From the NCBI GenBank assembly GCA_050260515.1, contig JBLNCI010000006.1, forward strand, positions 37,273 through 101,272: a stretch of DNA of 64,000 nucleotides. Direction: 5' to 3'. The notes beneath the pieces were generated by a model. It was not told the DNA's origin. It searched no databases and worked only from the letters and a program-made list of their open reading frames with translations. Below, piece by piece: positions 62,665 to 64,000 of the stretch. The position numbers and the translations under genes are program-made. Positions within the stretch are counted from its first letter, which is position 1; each line of letters starts with the position of its first letter. Source of the stretch: Gemmatimonas sp. GTDB lineage: Bacteria; Pseudomonadota; Alphaproteobacteria; SMXQ01.

Positions 62665-64000
62665 ATGTTAGAAGCCGCTCCTGCGCGCCGACGTCCCCGT
62701 CCTGCTCTTGCCGTCGTGATCCTCGCCGCCGGGCAGGGCACGCGGATGCGCTCGTCAATGCCGAAGATTATGCACCGGATAGCGGGCCGCCCGCTGGTCG
62801 GGCACGTGCTCGCCTCGGCCCGCGCGCTCAAGCCGGAGCGGCTCGTCGTCGTGCTGGCGCCGAAGATGGACAGCGTGGCGGGCTACGTCGCCCCGGCGAC
62901 CGTCGCGGTGCAGGACAAGGCGCGCGGTACCGCCGACGCGGTGTCGGCGGCGCTGCCCGCGCTGCGCGGCTTCGAGGGCGACGTGGTGATCGCGTACGGC
63001 GATCAGCCGCTGATCACCGCGGCGACGCTTCGCCGGCTGCGCGGCTGTCTCGACGACGCGGGGCTCGCGGTGCTCGGGTTCCGGCCGAGTGCGCCCGCGG
63101 CGTACGGCCGGCTGCTCCTCGACGAGTCGGGGGCGCTCGCGGCGATCCGTGAGCATCGCGACGCAAGCGCCGAGGAGCGCCGCATCGGTCTCTGCAACTC
63201 GGGCGTGATGGCGGTCCGCGGCGACGTGCTGCGCCGCCTGCTGCCAAAGGTCGGCTGCGACAACGCCAAGGGCGAGTATTACCTCACCGACCTCGTCGCG
63301 CTGGCGCGCGCCGAAGGAATTCGCTGCGCGGTGTCCGAGGGCGACGAGGACGAGCTGCTCGGCGTCAACTCGCGCGCGGAGCTGGCCCAGGCCGAGGCGA
63401 TCATGCAGCGCCGGCTGCGCGCCGGGGCGATGGAGAACGGCGCGACGCTGCTCGTGCCCGAGAGCGTCTATTTCTCGTTCGACACGCGCCTCGCCCGCGA
63501 TGTGGTGGTGGGTCCGAACGTCTTCTTCGGCACCGGGGTCTCGGTCGGCGAGGGATCGGAGATTCACTCGTTCTGCCACTTGCTCGAGGCGAAGGTCGGC
63601 AAGAACACGTCGATCGGGCCGTTTGCGCGTCTGCGTCCCGGCGCCGTGATCGGCGACGGCGCCCACCTCGGCAACTTCGTCGAGATCAAGGCCTCGACGA
63701 TCGCCGCCGGCGCCAAGATCAACCACCTCACCTACATCGGCGATTCGAGCGTCGGGTCGGGCACCAACGTCGGCGCCGGCACGATCACGTGCAACTACGA
63801 CGGCTTCATGAAGCACCGGACGAAGATCGGCCGCAACGTGTTCGTCGGCTCCGACACCGCGCTGGTCGCGCCGGTGACGGTCGGCGACGGCGCCGTGATC
63901 GGCGCGGGGTCCGTCGTGACCAAGGACGTCGCCAAGGACGCGCTGGTGATCGCGCGCGGCGAGGAACGTCACATCAAGGGTGGCGCCAAGCGCTACCGCG
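62665..64000 (+). CDS. glmU: Bifunctional UDP-N-acetylglucosamine diphosphorylase / glucosamine-1-phosphate N-acetyltransferase (3' end outside window)
   Basis: Open frame from ATG 62665 to the window edge; absent from the track because no stop is reached. VILAAGQGTRMRSSMPK..., ...NAKGEYYLTD..., then left-handed beta-helix hexapeptide repeats ...NYDGF.KH.T.IG..VFVGSD... Confidence 0.9.
   Translation, partial: MLEAAPARRRPRPALAVVILAAGQGTRMRSSMPKIMHRIAGRPLVGHVLASARALKPERLVVVLAPKMDSVAGYVAPATVAVQDKARGTADAVSAALPALRGFEGDVVIAYGDQPLITAATLRRLRGCLDDAGLAVLGFRPSAPAAYGRLLLDESGALAAIREHRDASAEERRIGLCNSGVMAVRGDVLRRLLPKVGCDNAKGEYYLTDLVALARAEGIRCAVSEGDEDELLGVNSRAELAQAEAIMQRRLRAGAMENGATLLVPESVYFSFDTRLARDVVVGPNVFFGTGVSVGEGSEIHSFCHLLEAKVGKNTSIGPFARLRPGAVIGDGAHLGNFVEIKASTIAAGAKINHLTYIGDSSVGSGTNVGAGTITCNYDGFMKHRTKIGRNVFVGSDTALVAPVTVGDGAVIGAGSVVTKDVAKDALVIARGEERHIKGGAKRYR

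Overview
This is a very GC-rich alphaproteobacterial chromosome segment. The gene order dcd-murA-DUF2948-hisG-hisD-infA-maf-rng-yacG-tRNA-Phe is typical of Hyphomicrobiales/Rhizobiales. Coordinates 1-18261 are the late half of a podovirus-type prophage or prophage-derived element. It encodes small and large terminase, a T7/BPP-1-type portal, a Bbp19-like protein, scaffold, major capsid and a decoration-like protein. It also encodes T7 gp11- and gp12-like tail tubular proteins, a T7 gp17-type fibre, and a lysis cassette (small TM protein, GH24 endolysin, GTA-type 3-TM holin). The late operon is interrupted three times. Host-type cargo (yhhQ queuosine-precursor transporter, an EamA/DMT transporter and a 54-aa gene) sits between the scaffold and capsid genes. 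A 160-bp MITE/REP-like palindromic element sits just upstream of the portal gene. A visibly less GC-rich moron pair (Tat-signal beta-helix protein plus TylF-type O-methyltransferase) sits between the fibre and lysis genes. A ~95-nt promoter-like/hairpin-terminator module occurs three times: twice in tandem ahead of terS and once directly ahead of the capsid gene. No ejection/internal-core proteins of T7 gp15/gp16 size are present, and no integrase, repressor or replication genes lie in the window. Coordinates 18268-64000 are host DNA. They carry housekeeping genes, polyamine synthesis (speD-speE), a small heat-shock gene, two Fe(3+)-type ABC importers plus an orphan binding protein, a TTT system with a fused TctA-TctB permease, and a TAXI-TRAP system. 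Three tRNAs are present (Thr-GGU, Phe-GAA, Val-CAC). No rRNA, CRISPR array, transposase or reverse transcriptase was seen. All calls come from reading the sequence and translations by eye; no database search or folding program was available.
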